From NCBI GenBank assembly GCA_964276515.1, contig OZ193909.1, positions 17,174,001-17,238,000 on the forward strand: a DNA stretch of 64,000 nt, written 5' to 3'. Both the position numbers and the translations under genes were made by a program. Shown piece by piece: positions 1 through 13,765 of this stretch. Under the pieces are notes generated by a model that was not told the DNA's origin, did no database searches, and saw only the letters and a program-made list of their open reading frames with translations. The first letter of the stretch is position 1, and each line of letters begins with the position of its first letter. This DNA is from Gordius albopunctatus. Lineage: Eukaryota.

Positions 1-720
1 ATGGTCAGAACGTTTCTCGGAATTCGGGTTAAAGGTCAGCGAGAAGAAAACGGTTTACATGCAAACGATGGGCGGTAGTCCGCAAATGCACAAAATTGAA
101 GGTCCAAGGTACACGGAGGTTGATAAGTTCACATATCTTGGCTCGCTATTACATCAAGAGGGAGGATGTACCGCCGAAGTCCATTCTCGGATCAAGAAAG
201 CATGGCTCAAGTGGCGCAGCATCTCCGGTGTCATGTGTGACAAAAAGATACCAATTTGGTTGAAAAGCAAGGCGTACAAAACCATCGTGCGACCGGTCTT
301 GCTTTACGGGAGCGAAACATGGGCTGTAACCAGCGCGGAGGAGAAACTCTTGCAAGTCACGGAAATGAGAATGGTGCGATGGAGCTTAGGCTACACCAAG
401 CTGGATCGCATGACGAACGAATCCTTGATGACAAAGATGGGTATACAAGCGACGAAGGACTTCTTAAGAGAAAATCGACTGCGGTGGTACGGCCATGTAT
501 TACGAAGAGACGAAGACGATGTCACACGCCGAACGCTGGAGATGGACGTGCCTGGAAGAAGAGGAAGGGGCAGACCACGTGCCACCTGGAAACGACTGGT
601 CGAAAAGGATATGGACGTCAAACAGATGGAAATTGGGATGGCATTCACACGACTCAGATGGAAGAGGCTGCTGAAAACGTACCCCACGTCTGTGGGATTT
701 TCAACACGATAAAGGAGTGA
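1..720 (+). mobile_element. RTE-clade non-LTR retrotransposon, 3' part (RT C-terminus), cut by window edge
   Basis: ORF 59-712 has FTYLGS, YKTIVRPVLLYGSETW, RLRWYGHVLRR and GRRGRGRPRATW motifs typical of RTE ORF C-termini; nearly identical to 31438-32150. Confidence 0.93.
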
Positions 721-999
721 GTCACAATTTGAAAAATAAATTTAAATCGCATCATAAATATAGATTATGACATTTACCCCATCTATATATTAATTTAACC
801 ACCTGTACAAAATATTTATACCTAAAAACTCAAAGTGTATATAATTACATGTAGGGTAAAAAATCAAATATACAATCTCATCTTATTATCGTGTAATCCA
901 TCATTTTATGCTCAACATGCTTAATTTCTTATAAAACTATAATATAACAACTTTATAATATACCATGAGCAAATTTTGTTAGTAACTAAAAAAGTTTAA

Positions 1000-1210
1000 C
1001 AAAAGCAATTCAATCTACTATCTGCTCGAGCTCCTGCTAAATTTTTTAACAGATTTGGCTGCTTCGACTAACTTCTCGAGCATTTTTTATGTGCTACTGT
1101 TAAAACTAACGCACCGAACAGTTAGCACTCATTGTGCTAAACTAGCATATTACCCAGCTACTGTTCGTGCTCGCGTTTTTAGTTGAAGCTGCTTAGCAAT
1201 TTAACAACTA
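1000..1210. mobile_element. Degenerate MITE related to the hAT MITE at 54705-54907
   Basis: Shares ctgctcgag / ctcgagcattttttatg / ttgtgctaa and the end ttagcaatttaacaact with the 54.7 kb copy. Confidence 0.6.
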
Positions 1211-2009
1211 TAGTGTCCAGGTAGGAGCACAGGCACGGCACAAGTAGGTGACGTGCCTCAGGCTACTCCTGAGGTAACGCCGAGAGCGTGGGAGGCGTCG
1301 CTGAGTGCGGAGGAGGCACTACGACATCTGTCCCTGGGCCATAATTAGGAGGTGCCGGAGAAGGTAAAAGAGGAAGGTCTTGTGGTTGCTAGTTTTTTAG
1401 GCCTATTCGAATGAGCTTAGTTATTGTTGTAGCCGTGGTTAAGTAGTTAAATCACTTAACATTCACGCGCCTATGCTAATGAGATAGCGTTTTGTATCTT
1501 GCCCACTAATGGGGAGAATAATTAGCGTGTGAATAAATGGTAATGTAGGTTGGTTATGTGAATAGACGTGCAGTAGTTAGAAGCAGACGTCGAACGGTCG
1601 GCAGCTCTCATTCAAATTGAGAGCCGCATCGACTGTGATAAAAGGCTGGATTGTACACTGTTTTTTAATCATATATTGTTTTCTTCTCTCTGTGTAGTAA
1701 CAGCGATTATCAACCGAGAAAAAGAAGTCCCTTGATCCAATACCCCCACCGACTCGTATACGTCACCATTTCTAGTCGATTAAGTTCACGGATAATTACT
1801 CACGGCCTTCGTCCAACTTATATTTCATTATTACCTGTTCAATATTTTGTTTATCGGGATTATAACACACATTCGTCCAATATTGTTGATACTATTACTG
1901 GCACTAATAAAAGATTGTTGCAGAGGTTATTTCATTATTGTTTGCCAAGAGCGTTAACAATACGTTGATATTTATTACTAGGTTTTTCCATAGAGTGTTA
2001 CTATGTGGT

Positions 2010-2735
2010 ATGCTTATGATACTTGAAGAAGTTTTTTCTCTGTTTTTTAGACCATGCCTGTGGCCTCCATGATTTTGCTAATGGCGATCTTTTCGTACGT
2101 GGGAGTTTAAATCCGCCCCAATAATTAGCTTTTATTCCTGTCGTATTCATTGTATTTTTTTCTACAATAAATTGTAGAACATGTCTTTCTCTCATTCCAT
2201 AAATCCACTTTGGGGACCATCAGCACACATAGCAGTTAGGAGGCCCCCTTACCTGTCTAAACAACGCATGACTTCCACCACTTTGTCCTTGAATAATTCG
2301 CGTAGAATGATACCAACCCCGTTACGATTTGATGACCCACTGTGGAAAAGTATGTATCTTTATCCTAACTCCCGGGCTTTGGTTCCGTTCCACCTGGTCT
2401 CTTGTAGGCAGGCCATTTTGTACTTTTTTTTAGTATTTATGGGATTCCGATGCTATTCCCCGTCAATGTGCCCTCATTCTAGCATGTTATTTGCATTCTT
2501 TCCACAACTAATTTGAACTTGAACAGCCTTCGCTATGACTCAGACAGGAAACCTAGTATATTTTTTACATTGCACGCGTTGGAGATGCAGCCAGCGTCGT
2601 TTGTGAAGGACGCCATAGCTTTCTTTTATAAAGATTTGTTTAAAACTATCATGATTTTCGAGTTGGCTTTTACAGCCGGTTCCTGACTTGACACCAACCT
2701 TCCACTTATTGCAAACGTACTTGAGACCGGTGTAA
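2010..2735 (-). mobile_element. Degenerate RTE LINE 5' fragment (5' UTR + APE endonuclease remnant)
   Basis: Collinear with 37370-37940 (CLQETRWNGTKARELG region); frameshifted. Confidence 0.85.
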
Positions 2736-3337
2736 TATAATCAAAATTATGATTGCACTTTTTTTATATATTATTAATTTAATAGCCTATCTGTTATGAT
2801 GGTTGCTTGTGACTAATTATAAAAAACTGATTATTTTAAAACTAAAATCCCTCAGCTAATCCCTAACCTCTTACATATTTCAATTGGACTACAAATCTCT
2901 TTTTAACTTTGTTTTTTTCTCCTATATCCTTTATATTTTTAAATGTGGCTTGAGAAAATAAAAACAAATTACCCTTTTCTTATATTTATTTGATAAACAC
3001 GCTTATTTCGAATTTAAGGCAATTTACTTTGGCCCAAGGCTCAACCCGGTTGTGCTTTGTAGCCAACTTTTTACATTAATGCCCCTTTGGAATTATAAAC
3101 CATGAATTCTTGGTGGACGGCGTTTTCCTATACGTACCACCCCCTTGAGAAGCTATTGATTTAAAATAGTTCCATACAATCTATAGAAATCATACTGCTT
3201 TTTAATATGTAATTATAAAAAAAGTGAATTATTGATAATCATATTTTAAAAAGATAGGCATCATTTGATATGGAAATTTTCAACTTGGCTGGGGTAAGAC
3301 CATAATTTCTATCCCTAGTGTTTATATGTGTTTTGAT

Positions 3338-3501
3338 CATAGGTGTAACCAAGGGAGGGGTAGGTAGGGGTCGCTGCCCTTCTCTAATTCCTAAAATTTG
3401 TTGAAATTTATTAAAATTATGACGAAAATTTCAAAAATGGATATTTCCACCTATCTAAATCATTAATGCCCCCTCTAATTCCAGTGCTGGCTACGCCTAT
3501 G
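3338..3501. mobile_element. hAT-type MITE (CATGGGCGTAGCC TIR family)
   Basis: TIR cataggtgtaacc/ggctacgcctatg; 8-bp TSD gttttgat/gtattgat. Confidence 0.85.
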
Positions 3502-5429
3502 GTATTGATCTACTATTAAGATTCGTACTGTGCTTGCTTTAAGAATTCACTTGATTTATTCAACACATGAATGCTTTGATCATACCTTTTTTAAATCAAG
3601 CAGCACTTTATTTGTGTTTACATTTTTTTATTATTGAGGAGACCTGGGATCTTGGCTATTATAAATTGAAACGTGTGTGTTTTTTCATAAGGTATAAATA
3701 ACAAAAAATTTGATCGGAAAAAATATAAAATATTATAGGCGAAAAGGGGTTTATTAGGGCAGATGTAGCCTTGCCACAATTATGTGCCTTTTTATTTGAT
3801 ATTTTCAACTAATTTTGATTTTATATTTTAGAGGGGAATTTCCTGGTTTTAAAAATTGATTTGAGGATATTGTTTTGTTATAATAAAATCCATACAAGAC
3901 TTAATAATTACGACATTGCTACTCAAAGCTGCTATACCATACCTACTTTGTTTTATTTTATGAAAAACATAATTGTAAGAAAATATGTTTGTAATGATAA
4001 AATAAATTTTTTCAACCACTTATATTATTTTTTAAAATAATAATATCGTAATGCTTTATAAATTCTCATACTTTTAATGTAATTACATTAAAATTATAAC
4101 ATTTGAAAATGGGAAGAACATGTTAATAGTTAAAGCGATGATAAAGTTAGTGAAGAAATTACACCTCGAATAGGGCTCCATTATAGGTATTCCGCACGAA
4201 TTTAATAAAATGGATTCATGATCATCACCTAACTTTTTGAAAACATAGGACACTAAATTAATGTTCATTAGTGATTGATAAATTTATTCTTGTGGTTAAA
4301 AATATCTAAAAACTTTAAACTGGAAATTTAACAGATTTAAAAAGTCTCAATAATGGCTGCTGTAGTAAACCTGGTATTGATGTGTCTGTAATTTTAAATT
4401 TTTATGGGCCATATAAAATATGTAAAATTTCAAAAATGTTAATTTCAATTTTAAAATAAATGATTTTAATGACTAAATTGAGAAGGTGTCGAGCCACGCA
4501 TATTAATGTTGTATGACATAAAAGTTGAGAAAAAATTGTTTAAATGGATAATGAAATTTTAGCTTCTACCAAATACATATTCAAATTTTGATTTTATTAT
4601 AAATACTAAAAATTATGCTTCCTTGGATTGTAATAGTTCGATAGACGAATAAAAAAAGATACAAAGCACTAACAAATTTTTTACTGTAATGCTTTATTTT
4701 TATAAAGACAATAATCCTTAACGCTATTATAAAGAAGTTGATAACTAATTGTTTTTAAAATAATGCTTTGAATTCTTAGGTCATATGTTTTCTCTGACGT
4801 TGCCCATCAACAATAACAGTATTAATGCCTGTCTATGTTTAGCTATAAATTAAAACGTTCGGCGTTGCAAACAAATAAATAAAGAAGGAAATAAGTTATT
4901 AAACTAGCATCTGCAAACAATGGCTGCTATATTTTTAAATTTTTAGGCTAAGCATATATAACATAAAAAAGAGCAAATATTAAATAGCTTATTTTAAATT
5001 TATAATTTGAAGATTGCTATAGACAATGGTAAGATTGGAATATGTAAGATCCTCTTTAATGCTAAATTGCTTACAATATAAGTACTATATTAAATGGAAT
5101 CATGTTCGAATAACAAATTAAGTTATATTAAGCAAAATTAACCATGAAATAACTTCAATTCTAAATATTTATATTCGTTTCTAAACTTTTAAACCATTAC
5201 AGTTATATATATGTAATTTATCCAAATACTTCATGCATTTCTTAGAGTCCTATTGCCCACGGCTATAAAATGGCTCTATAAACGATTAATAAGTTTATAA
5301 AAATGAATTCTAAAAGTACAGAATGATATTGGTCGTTGTACTATGAAAATTTTGATTATCGTTGAATTCGGTTAGAATATATTTAAAACAAAAGACGATT
5401 TTAGTAATTATTTCTTATTGCCTCATTCC

Positions 5430-6888
5430 TAGTGATGCGGAAAAACCGAGAAAAATCTCGGTCTCGTCTCGTCTCGGTTGAAAAATGGAGTCGAGATCGA
5501 GACGAGAATTTTGATGTCGAGACGAGACGATACGAGATTTTTTCGGCGAGATCTCGACTTTTTTTATCGTTAGATTTTAGTAAATTATTGTGTATTTTAA
5601 TTTGGATGATTTACATTTAAGGTATTAAGTGTAAATCAATATGTATGGAATATATTTGATATGAAAAAAATTCCTGCAAATATTATATTTTTTGCAACAT
5701 TTACCTAAGTATGGTTGACCCTTAGGGTATGTGAATAATTTTATAATATCTTTATCACATATTTGAATCCATAACATTATTAAATATTACAAAATTATAG
5801 GCTTAGAATGAGATCTGATTGAATAGTAAATATAAACAATTCATATTTATATTTCGCAGTTACTCATCCTGCATAATGCGGTAATTATAAATTGGTAGTA
5901 AATCAGTTTGAATAATTAAACTAGTTAAGCTAAGGTGGCTCGAGATTTTTGAGCACCCGTTTAACGATTTCAAAAGTACAATAGAGTATTTAATGACACC
6001 GTAATAGATTAAATCTAAAGCATGAGTTTTCTAGAAGTTTTATGCTTCAACTATATTCGATAAATAACTATTTAATGTCAAAGTTAGTTAGAATTGGAAG
6101 ATAATTATTTGGAATATAAATTTGATTTTAATTACTTTTGTCATAAATTTAAATAAGTGCAATTTAAAGTTTAAAACATCATATTCTTATTCCTATAATA
6201 ATGATGCTTTTATTGTTGTTTCTACTACCCGTTTTTATAGGGGCATCTAGTTATCAATTCTGTAATTCATAATATTATCATTAAAAGTCACTCGCACTTT
6301 GTGGTTTATAGCGCTATAGTAAACATGCAATAAACACTATGGGCTATAATTGATGATCGTACTAATGGACTTAAATGTTTGCCTTAAATATGTTAAAGTC
6401 TACTTTGAAGCTTTAGCCAGGGTTAATAAAGGGTCTCAATTTGCTAAATTGTGCCACCAAGTCAACTATAACCTATTTATTATTATCTAAGTCTATATAG
6501 TTGACAAACACAGTGATTTGATACAAATGTTATAATTTGCTAGAACAATAAAATTGATTTTTATATACTTCAAATTTATTTATAGTTTTTTAGTCTGCAC
6601 TTTCCATAGAAAATGTTATTTTTTTGAATGAATTCATATCTTTATATTGTCAATGATATGTCGTGTCGCGCTAAATCTTTAAAAAGTTTGTGTTTTAAAG
6701 TTTATAAAAAAATATAAATATTTGCCATTTTAATTTTTAACACTTATTTAATATTTTTAATAAAACAGGAGAAATTTTTATTCATTATATATTTTTTTTT
6801 AAAGTCGAGACGAGACGAGATCGAGATTTTTCTAGACCGAGACGAGACGAGATTTTGTTTTCGAGACCGAAAGGAGATCGAAACACTA
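5430..6888. mobile_element. Non-autonomous hAT-like DNA transposon with GAGAC subterminal repeats
   Basis: TIR tagtgatgcg/cgaaacacta; clusters of gagacgagacgaga near both ends; flanking 6-bp direct repeat cattcc. Confidence 0.75.
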
Positions 6889-8140
6889 CATTCCTCAAGA
6901 GTCACAAACAACAAATATCAAGGCAACATGAATTTTTGTGTTTTTGAATCATGATCATAGTGACAATAATTCGTAACTTTTCTAATGATCCTCAAAGGCG
7001 ATATTATTAAAATTACTAAGATATTATGTGAGATCAAATGGACGTATGAAAGTTAGACTTTATCCTTTCAATATTTAATTTAAGTTTAATCCCTTAAAAC
7101 TTACAACTATGTGCGTTTATTAATTTTTTTGCAAATGAATCTAAAATAATGTATTGGGTGATTTCTTTCAAACATTTTTCCCCAGGCTAAATGTACCTAG
7201 TTAAGGTTGGCTATAATTCAAATGTTTTGGATCCTCATGTCCGCTTTGATTTGTCATTACGTGTTTAAATAAAATGATCATGAGAGCATTATAGGTAGGT
7301 TCAAGGTTATTTTAATCAAATTAATAAAAGTTGGAAACATCATTGAAAGTGATATTTTAAAAATGGGAAAATTTCTACATCTAAATCTAGGTTTAAATAA
7401 AAAGTTATACAAAACTACAAAATTTGTTGTGGTTATATCAATGTGCACCCAGATACCCACTCCTCCCAATCTTATTCTAACGCGTATTTATAATGTAGGG
7501 GGTATTTCTTTTTTACGTGTTGGGTATGGTCATCGCGTAATTCCCTAGGTGTTACTTTGTCTCGCTTGCTCACATGGGGAGCAAACGAATTAGTGGGAAT
7601 ACTGAATATACATTGTGCGAAATTTCCTATCGTGGTTAATTATTATATATAAGATTCTGAATAACTTTTATTAGATTTTATGATGCTGATATTTTATATA
7701 ATAGTCCATTAGTAAGGAAAGTTATATATTAGATCTTTGTTTATATTTTCAATAGTTACCATCATTTTGGCATAACAAATTCGCAGAAAATAAGTTTCAC
7801 ATCTTCATAAAAAATCAAGCGATTCTTTGCACTTTTTATCCAAAAACTAATTTATCATTAATTAGATAAAGTTTTTAGATCAATAGTGTTGGAACTCTTA
7901 GTTGAGGAATTCAAAATTTTAAGGCCTTGGGAAGATTTAAATGATATATATTACTGTTGCGCAATTCGTTTTCCTTATTTTAAAGTGCTTGGTTATAATC
8001 GTTAATTATATCATCTAGTTTCTGAACTTATATGTAAATTGACGTGATATATTCGTATCCAATTATCCATCGTGTATTACCTATATAAATAAGCTATCTG
8101 TAAAGTAATAAAACGTAGTTAACCAATCTGTCTCTTATAG

Positions 8141-8199
8141 CATTATCTACCATTAATAATTCGCGTCCAGCATTATCTACCATTAATAATTCGCGTCCA
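8141..8199. repeat. 30-bp tandem duplication
   Basis: cattatctaccattaataattcgcgtcca at 8141 and 8171. Confidence 0.9.
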
Positions 8200-8444
8200 A
8201 AAATTCTTTATCAGATATTTATATTTAGCCCATTAATTTGACGGGTTTATATGCAAAGGCATTGATTTTCTTTTAATTTCGCACAGTTTGAAATAAATGA
8301 ATGATAGTCTTAAACAACTTTTGAGCATATCAGGGCTACACCTTTCATTTTACTAATAAAATAAATTATATATTATTAAAATAATATCTAAAAATTCTTA
8401 TTTGATTAAAGCTATTATTTATAGCTATAGCAAATGTAATTTTT

Positions 8445-9086
8445 TCGGCCTTAGCCCGACGTCTCAATTTTTATTTTACCCGAACCCAAAAGACTTTTTT
8501 ATTTTTGTCATAACCTAAACCCAAGCCCGACAGATTTTCAAATAGAATAGTTTAAAAAATTTTATTTTTAATTATTACACCATATAAATTTTGAGTGAAT
8601 TAAATTGTTGTTACTCTTAATTTACAACTAGGATAAGTTAGAAATAAAAATCCATTTTCACTCGCTACAATTTATTCAGCTAATAATCTTAAACTAAAAA
8701 TCTAATTTTATAAAATATATTTATTTAACAGTTCCAAATAAAAAAACTTTTAAAAATATTTCCCTATTTATTTTCCTATTAACAGCTAATAAAAATATAT
8801 TTGAATATTAGAATAAGTTTTGCAATACAAGTCAAAATATTAAAATTCACAATAGAAAAAAGCAAAAGTTTGGAAGCTATATTATGTACGCTGTAGTTGA
8901 GTTTATTAGAATAATATTTTATAAAATATTAGTTTGGTTTAGTTTAATTTGATCACGACTCGGACCTCGGGTTACACATTAATCTCGACCTTAGCCTGAG
9001 ACCCGATTATTTTATTAAATTATGTCCGAGTCCGGCCCGGAACCCAATCGGGCCGGGTAGAGCTTCGGGCGACCGTGCACAACTCT
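8445..9086. mobile_element. Degenerate hAT-type MITE with CCCGA/CCGAAC subterminal motifs
   Basis: Right end ccgtgcacaactct resembles the TAGAG..TGCACGGG TIR family (cf. 15578, 45200); left end eroded. Confidence 0.5.
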
Positions 9087-9460
9087 TTTTATAGCTCATG
9101 ATTAAAAAACAAGCCTTGCTTGCTACATTCATATTGCGTGTATAGAGAAGTAAATACCAAACAATAAAGTAATAAATACTTTATTATATATCCAATTAAA
9201 GTAAAACGTTTGCGGGAAAAGTAAGTAGTAAAGAAATGTTTTACACGTCCTTTATATAATCACGAATTAATTGAAATACATTAAATCAATTAACATTTAG
9301 TGGTAAATCCGCGAGTTAACATCGCGAAGTAGTAAGGTAATCTAAATGAGTCAATTAAGTTTCGAAGTAGACTTAAGTAATATGCGGCGAGACATCAATT
9401 AAGTAGTAATGGATGCAACACGTGTATGAAAAATGATGCCTAAAATAAGTCATAAATGTG

Positions 9461-10666
9461 TTTTGTAGAGAAATAAGTTTCTACTTTTAATATAACCCAA
9501 ATGATTCAAGAGAATGAATTCTTTTATGTAACATATTGTGTTTATATACATCTAGTAAGTTTACTTGTGTGAATAATAACGAGAGATTTAAATTATAATG
9601 AGTGGTCAAATACAAGGTTAAGATTTATGAATAGTGAGAGTTGTGAATGCTCGAATAATAAAGGTTAAGTTTTTCCTAGGTAACCGATGTTCGAGTTGCT
9701 TTATTCAAATTGCCTAGGTAACCATATAATTCCCCTCCTATTTGCAAGGAGTGCTAAAAATGAAAGTAAAAATTATCAGTTAGCTTAGTTTATCAAGGGT
9801 TTATTGTTTGCACTAGTGTTTGCTGGTGTTGTGACCGAGGACCCTGGAAGTTGATGTGCTATCCAATATATAATTAGATTTGTCGGAGCAGACATATCTA
9901 TTTTAGAATCGCATTCTTCCCTCAGTTAAATCGGTCAGTATTGGTTAAAACCTTGATAGTGGTAGGTAGTAGTTAGTAAGTGTTTTTGCGTTGCCGAACG
10001 TCATCTTTGCTCGTTGCAATCGGTCCTGCGATGTGTTTTGCAAATAAGTTCATTGGCAGAGCAGTGGACCAATAGGACGTTCAGTAGACGGTGTTGTTGC
10101 TTGTGTAGCGGAGTAGTAGGGTAACCTGGTTTTCTTCGTATTAACAATTAGATAGGTAGGTAGATTGTATCTTTCCCAGCAGTCGGACAAATATGGATGC
10201 CGAATTTAGAAGATAATGCCCTATATCTGAATTGTTTTATTTTAACTAAGAAAACCAACTGATATTACTAAATGGACTGTTATGGGGGGAGAAAAATTAT
10301 GTCACCTCCGACAGTCGGGTTAATGTTTACCTGGGTTATAAATTTATAGGGGGGAGGAATTTAAAAAAATTCGGCTCCCCCGAAACGTCGGGGTCACCAT
10401 TTTTTAGAGAAATAAGTTTCTACTTTTAATATAACCCAAATGATTCAAGAGAATGAATTCTTTTATGTAACATATTGTGTTTATATACATCTAGTAAGTT
10501 TACTTGTGTGAATAATAACGAGAGATTTAAATTATAATGAGTGGTCAAATACAAGGTTAAGATTTATGAATAGTGAGAGTTGTGAATGCTCGAATAATAA
10601 AGGTTAAGTTTTTCCTAGGTAACCGATGTTCGAGTTGCTTTATTCAAATTGCCTAGGTAACCATAT
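9461..10666 (-). mobile_element. Non-autonomous Gypsy-type LTR retrotransposon (TRIM-like), tRNA-Trp PBS
   Basis: 267-bp direct repeats 9461-9727 and 10400-10666 (one mismatch seen); minus-strand PBS TGGTGACCCCGACGT (10385-10399) complementary to tRNA-Trp 3' end; PPT GGAGGGGAA before the other LTR; flanks (a)tgtg on both sides; no internal ORF. Confidence 0.9.
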
Positions 10667-11098
10667 GTGAGAATTATAAAAACAAATTGATTAATAAGTT
10701 TATTATCACTTATGGAGTATGATGGAGCCAAGATTTGTTAGGGAGGTCAACGGGTTTAAATTTTGCTCTTAAGAACATAAATTTTCTTAAGTTTAGGATC
10801 AGAGTGTAACAAATTTAAAATATATTGTACACAACTGAATTGGCATAGCAACGTTTTCGAATATTTTTTTGAGACTAAGAGATATTTGTCAGAGAGTTGT
10901 TATAATAAATAAAAAATTGCTTTATACAGTCTTTTATAAAAATAGCCACTCAATTTAAGCGAATAACGAATAATTATAACTTAAATGAATAAGATTTAAG
11001 CATTATTTGTTAATAAAACGGATACGCGATGTAATAGACATGTGCCATATGTTTTCTATTCGAAGGATTGAAATTTTGATTTCGATAGTTTTAGACCC

Positions 11099-11787
11099 AT
11101 GGATGTTCAAAAACAGGAGAGAATAAGTTTAATAATAAGAATATAAAAATAGTTTTAACTTTTAGCCAGGCCTCGACAAAATACGGGTGGCTCCATAATA
11201 AAATTTGATGATGCTACTAAAAATCGTAGAATCTTAAAAAAATTAGAATTCTTAGAAAAGGATAATTTTCAGGAAGATCCTCAGGCGAATTTTATAATAA
11301 ATAAAAAAGCTCCAAAATTTGATGAATTAAAAACAAAGGGTTTTTATAAATTGGTATTTTTAATATCACCTTAGATAAGAAACGTAGAAAATCTAAAAAT
11401 GATTGGAGAAGAGAAAAATATAAAAAAAGCTTAGCTATGCTTTTGGAAGAAGTATATTTTATTATGTATTAATGTGTAGTGTTTAGCAAATTGACCATGA
11501 AAAAGTTCCTAATTATTTTACTATAAAGGCCAAACCATCCAATCTTCCCCCAAGGCATTTTTGCTCAGTTTGTGGATATCCTTTTTAGTGTTTTATATAA
11601 TATTTTGTTAATCATAAATCCTGCTATTTAACTTTAACTTATTGAAATTACATTGCTTTCTAATTATGTATGCATTCAATGTGAGACAAGGTATTGCTCA
11701 ATTAAATGTTTGCATATTCATAAAGATACAAGGTACTTATACCATTCTATAATTTATTTTTTTAGATGTTTAAAATGGACTGCATGA
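11099..11787 (+). CDS. ZNHIT1: Zinc finger HIT domain-containing protein 1 (SRCAP/SWR1 subunit, Vps71/SWC6 orthologue), 6 exons
   Basis: Exons 11099-11126, 11166-11339, 11375-11451, 11487-11575, 11652-11732, 11766-11787 splice to MDVQKQERIT...LEFLEKDNFQEDPQ...LAMLLEEQIDHEKVPNYF...RHFCSVCGLLSNYVCIQCETRYCSIKCLHIHKDTRCLKWTA*, matching ZNHIT1 hallmark motifs (LExDNFQxDP, HIT zinc finger, RCLKWT). Exon 1 is least certain. Confidence 0.93.
11576..11651 (+). other. U12-type (minor spliceosome) AT-AC intron in ZNHIT1
   Basis: 5' ATATCCTTT, branch-like ACTTTAAC at 11631-11638, 3' AC; its removal restores the CSVCG-L-L-S-N-Y-V-C HIT finger frame. Confidence 0.9.
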
Positions 11788-12881
11788 TATTGAAATTTGG
11801 AATCTCATATATTTTGGATGGCTAGATTATTTTATATAACAGCCTATATTTATCTGTTATCAGTGTCACGTTTTAATAAGATTATTATCTAGCTAAGTTT
11901 AGATAGAATACTATTTGTAACTTTTATATATGATGTTTATATGTATTGTTTTAAAGTTGATTAATACATGAAGTGCTGATATACACGACTTAGAAATTAT
12001 ATTGATCTATTATGTTTTGTTACCAATCTTGATCCTGTAGCCTACACAAGAAGAGAATTTTTGATTTTATGGAAAAAATATGTCTCATTTTCAATGTTGT
12101 GTTGAAATTACAAATAGTTAAACAACCAAATTTGCTTAATTTTTTTTATTTGTTTTAAATTAAATTTTCACCAAAATTGTTAAGCCAGCTCTTATATAAA
12201 GTTTTTCCCACCTTATAGGTGTTTATATATTGGATTATCATTATCTTTATACTCTTTAATTATACTTAAGTTTATTCCAAATACACGATTGTGTAAAATT
12301 TAATGATTAAATTTATTGACCCTAGGCACATACCCAGGATTTTCTCAAGGGGGAATTTTCAATTTTTTAAAATTTTTATTTATCATATAATAAAGATAAG
12401 AAGAGTCCCCGTTCTGCTTAAGGTCTTTTGCGGGCTTGGGTGGGAACCGTAATAAGATTAGAGCGATTCCCGCCTAATAAGATTATTATTGTTTTAGTGT
12501 ATTATTTTGTTACCTTATTATTAGATATAATAATATTTATTAATAGTGTTTCTTATCTAAAAAACGACAATTAAATTTATAGCCTTTCAAAAATATAATG
12601 AAATTACCATGGGCAAAATTTTCTGAAATTCATTATAATTATGGCTAAAATTTCAAAAAATGATCATTTTGCTTCTCCCTAAATCATTAATGCCCCCCTT
12701 TAATCCCAATGCTGGCTATGCCCATGGAAATTACTGCTAAAAATTAAGTGTTCGGGCATGGCCGTGCGGACTTTTCGAAGAGTTTAAGCAGGCCATGATG
12801 CCTAATTTAATTATAAAATCGGATGGGGTTCGGGCTGAAATTTTAACAGATCTGACCTCTTAAAAGTATAAAATGTGTATA

Positions 12882-13765
12882 TCTATATATATAAAGTAAA
12901 GTCTATGTATGTAAGGGCTAAATTCTGAAACTACCGGTCCGATTCGCGCGAAAATTGAACTGTAGATGCCCAGGAGGGCCAGGGGTAAACAGCTTTTTCA
13001 GAATCCTAAAATTCCTTTTAGTTTTACAAATATGGGCCTTTTAGTTTTAAAAAAGGGCTAAATTATGAAACTACCGGCCCGATTCGCGCGAAAATTTAGC
13101 CGTAGATGGCCAGGGGTAAAATAGCTTTTTCAGAATCCTAAAATTCCTTTTAGTTTTAAAAATATCGGACATTTCCCGGCCAGTTTCGTTTATAGCAGCA
13201 TACACAATAATGACGTCATACATACAAGGCTGAAGTTTTCTCGAATTAGATATTTAAAAGTATAATAAAAATGTTACAGTATACGGTCAAAATTATTGGG
13301 GTTTAACAAACTATTTAAATTAAATAAATAATATTTAAATTATTATCACGTAGTCGATCATAGAAGCATATTTTTAATAATTATCCATCCATCCTTCAAT
13401 TAATTATTTTATTATATTAAAGAAAATTGTATCTCAAATAAATCAGCTAACTAGAAAAATAAAATAATGGTATTATTGTATAATAAGTAACAGCATTGAT
13501 CAGCAATTTTTTCAAAAACCTTTAATTTTAGTCGGATTTGATGAGTAAAACAGAATTCGCATTTCGTTTGTCTTATTATATATATACTAAAAATAGTGTG
13601 TTCATAAAATCCACGACGTGATAAAATTCGTGCTCTAAATAAATATTATGGATATTTTATTTATTTGAATTATTATTTCATATATGACCCCATTTTAGAT
13701 AAGTCTTATTAATAGGTTATACTTATTTAACCACTTAAGGACTGAGCCAAAGCAACGTTTGGCCG
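12882..13765 (+). mobile_element. Non-autonomous Helitron-like element (3' CTAG end missing)
   Basis: A|TC start (tctatatatataaa), internal tandem duplication, 3' hairpin gccaaagcaacgtttggc; homologous to 24226-24947. Confidence 0.7.

Noticed and set aside
149..720. Overlapping and antisense ORFs over the RTE copies (also 30685-30921, 31818-32228, 36621-36875, 37712-38047)
   Set aside because: Shadow frames of GC-richer LINE coding sequence.
1210..1960. GC-richer segment and possible solo LTR (tgtagtaac...AATAAA...ttaaca); similar at 27790-27985
   Set aside because: No partner LTR, PBS or convincing TSD in the window.
2870..5300. Scattered minus-strand exon-like segments (e.g. 4163-4228 GDDHESILLNSCGIPIMEPYSR)
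   Set aside because: Could not be joined into a consistent frame or recognised protein; may be a degraded gene.
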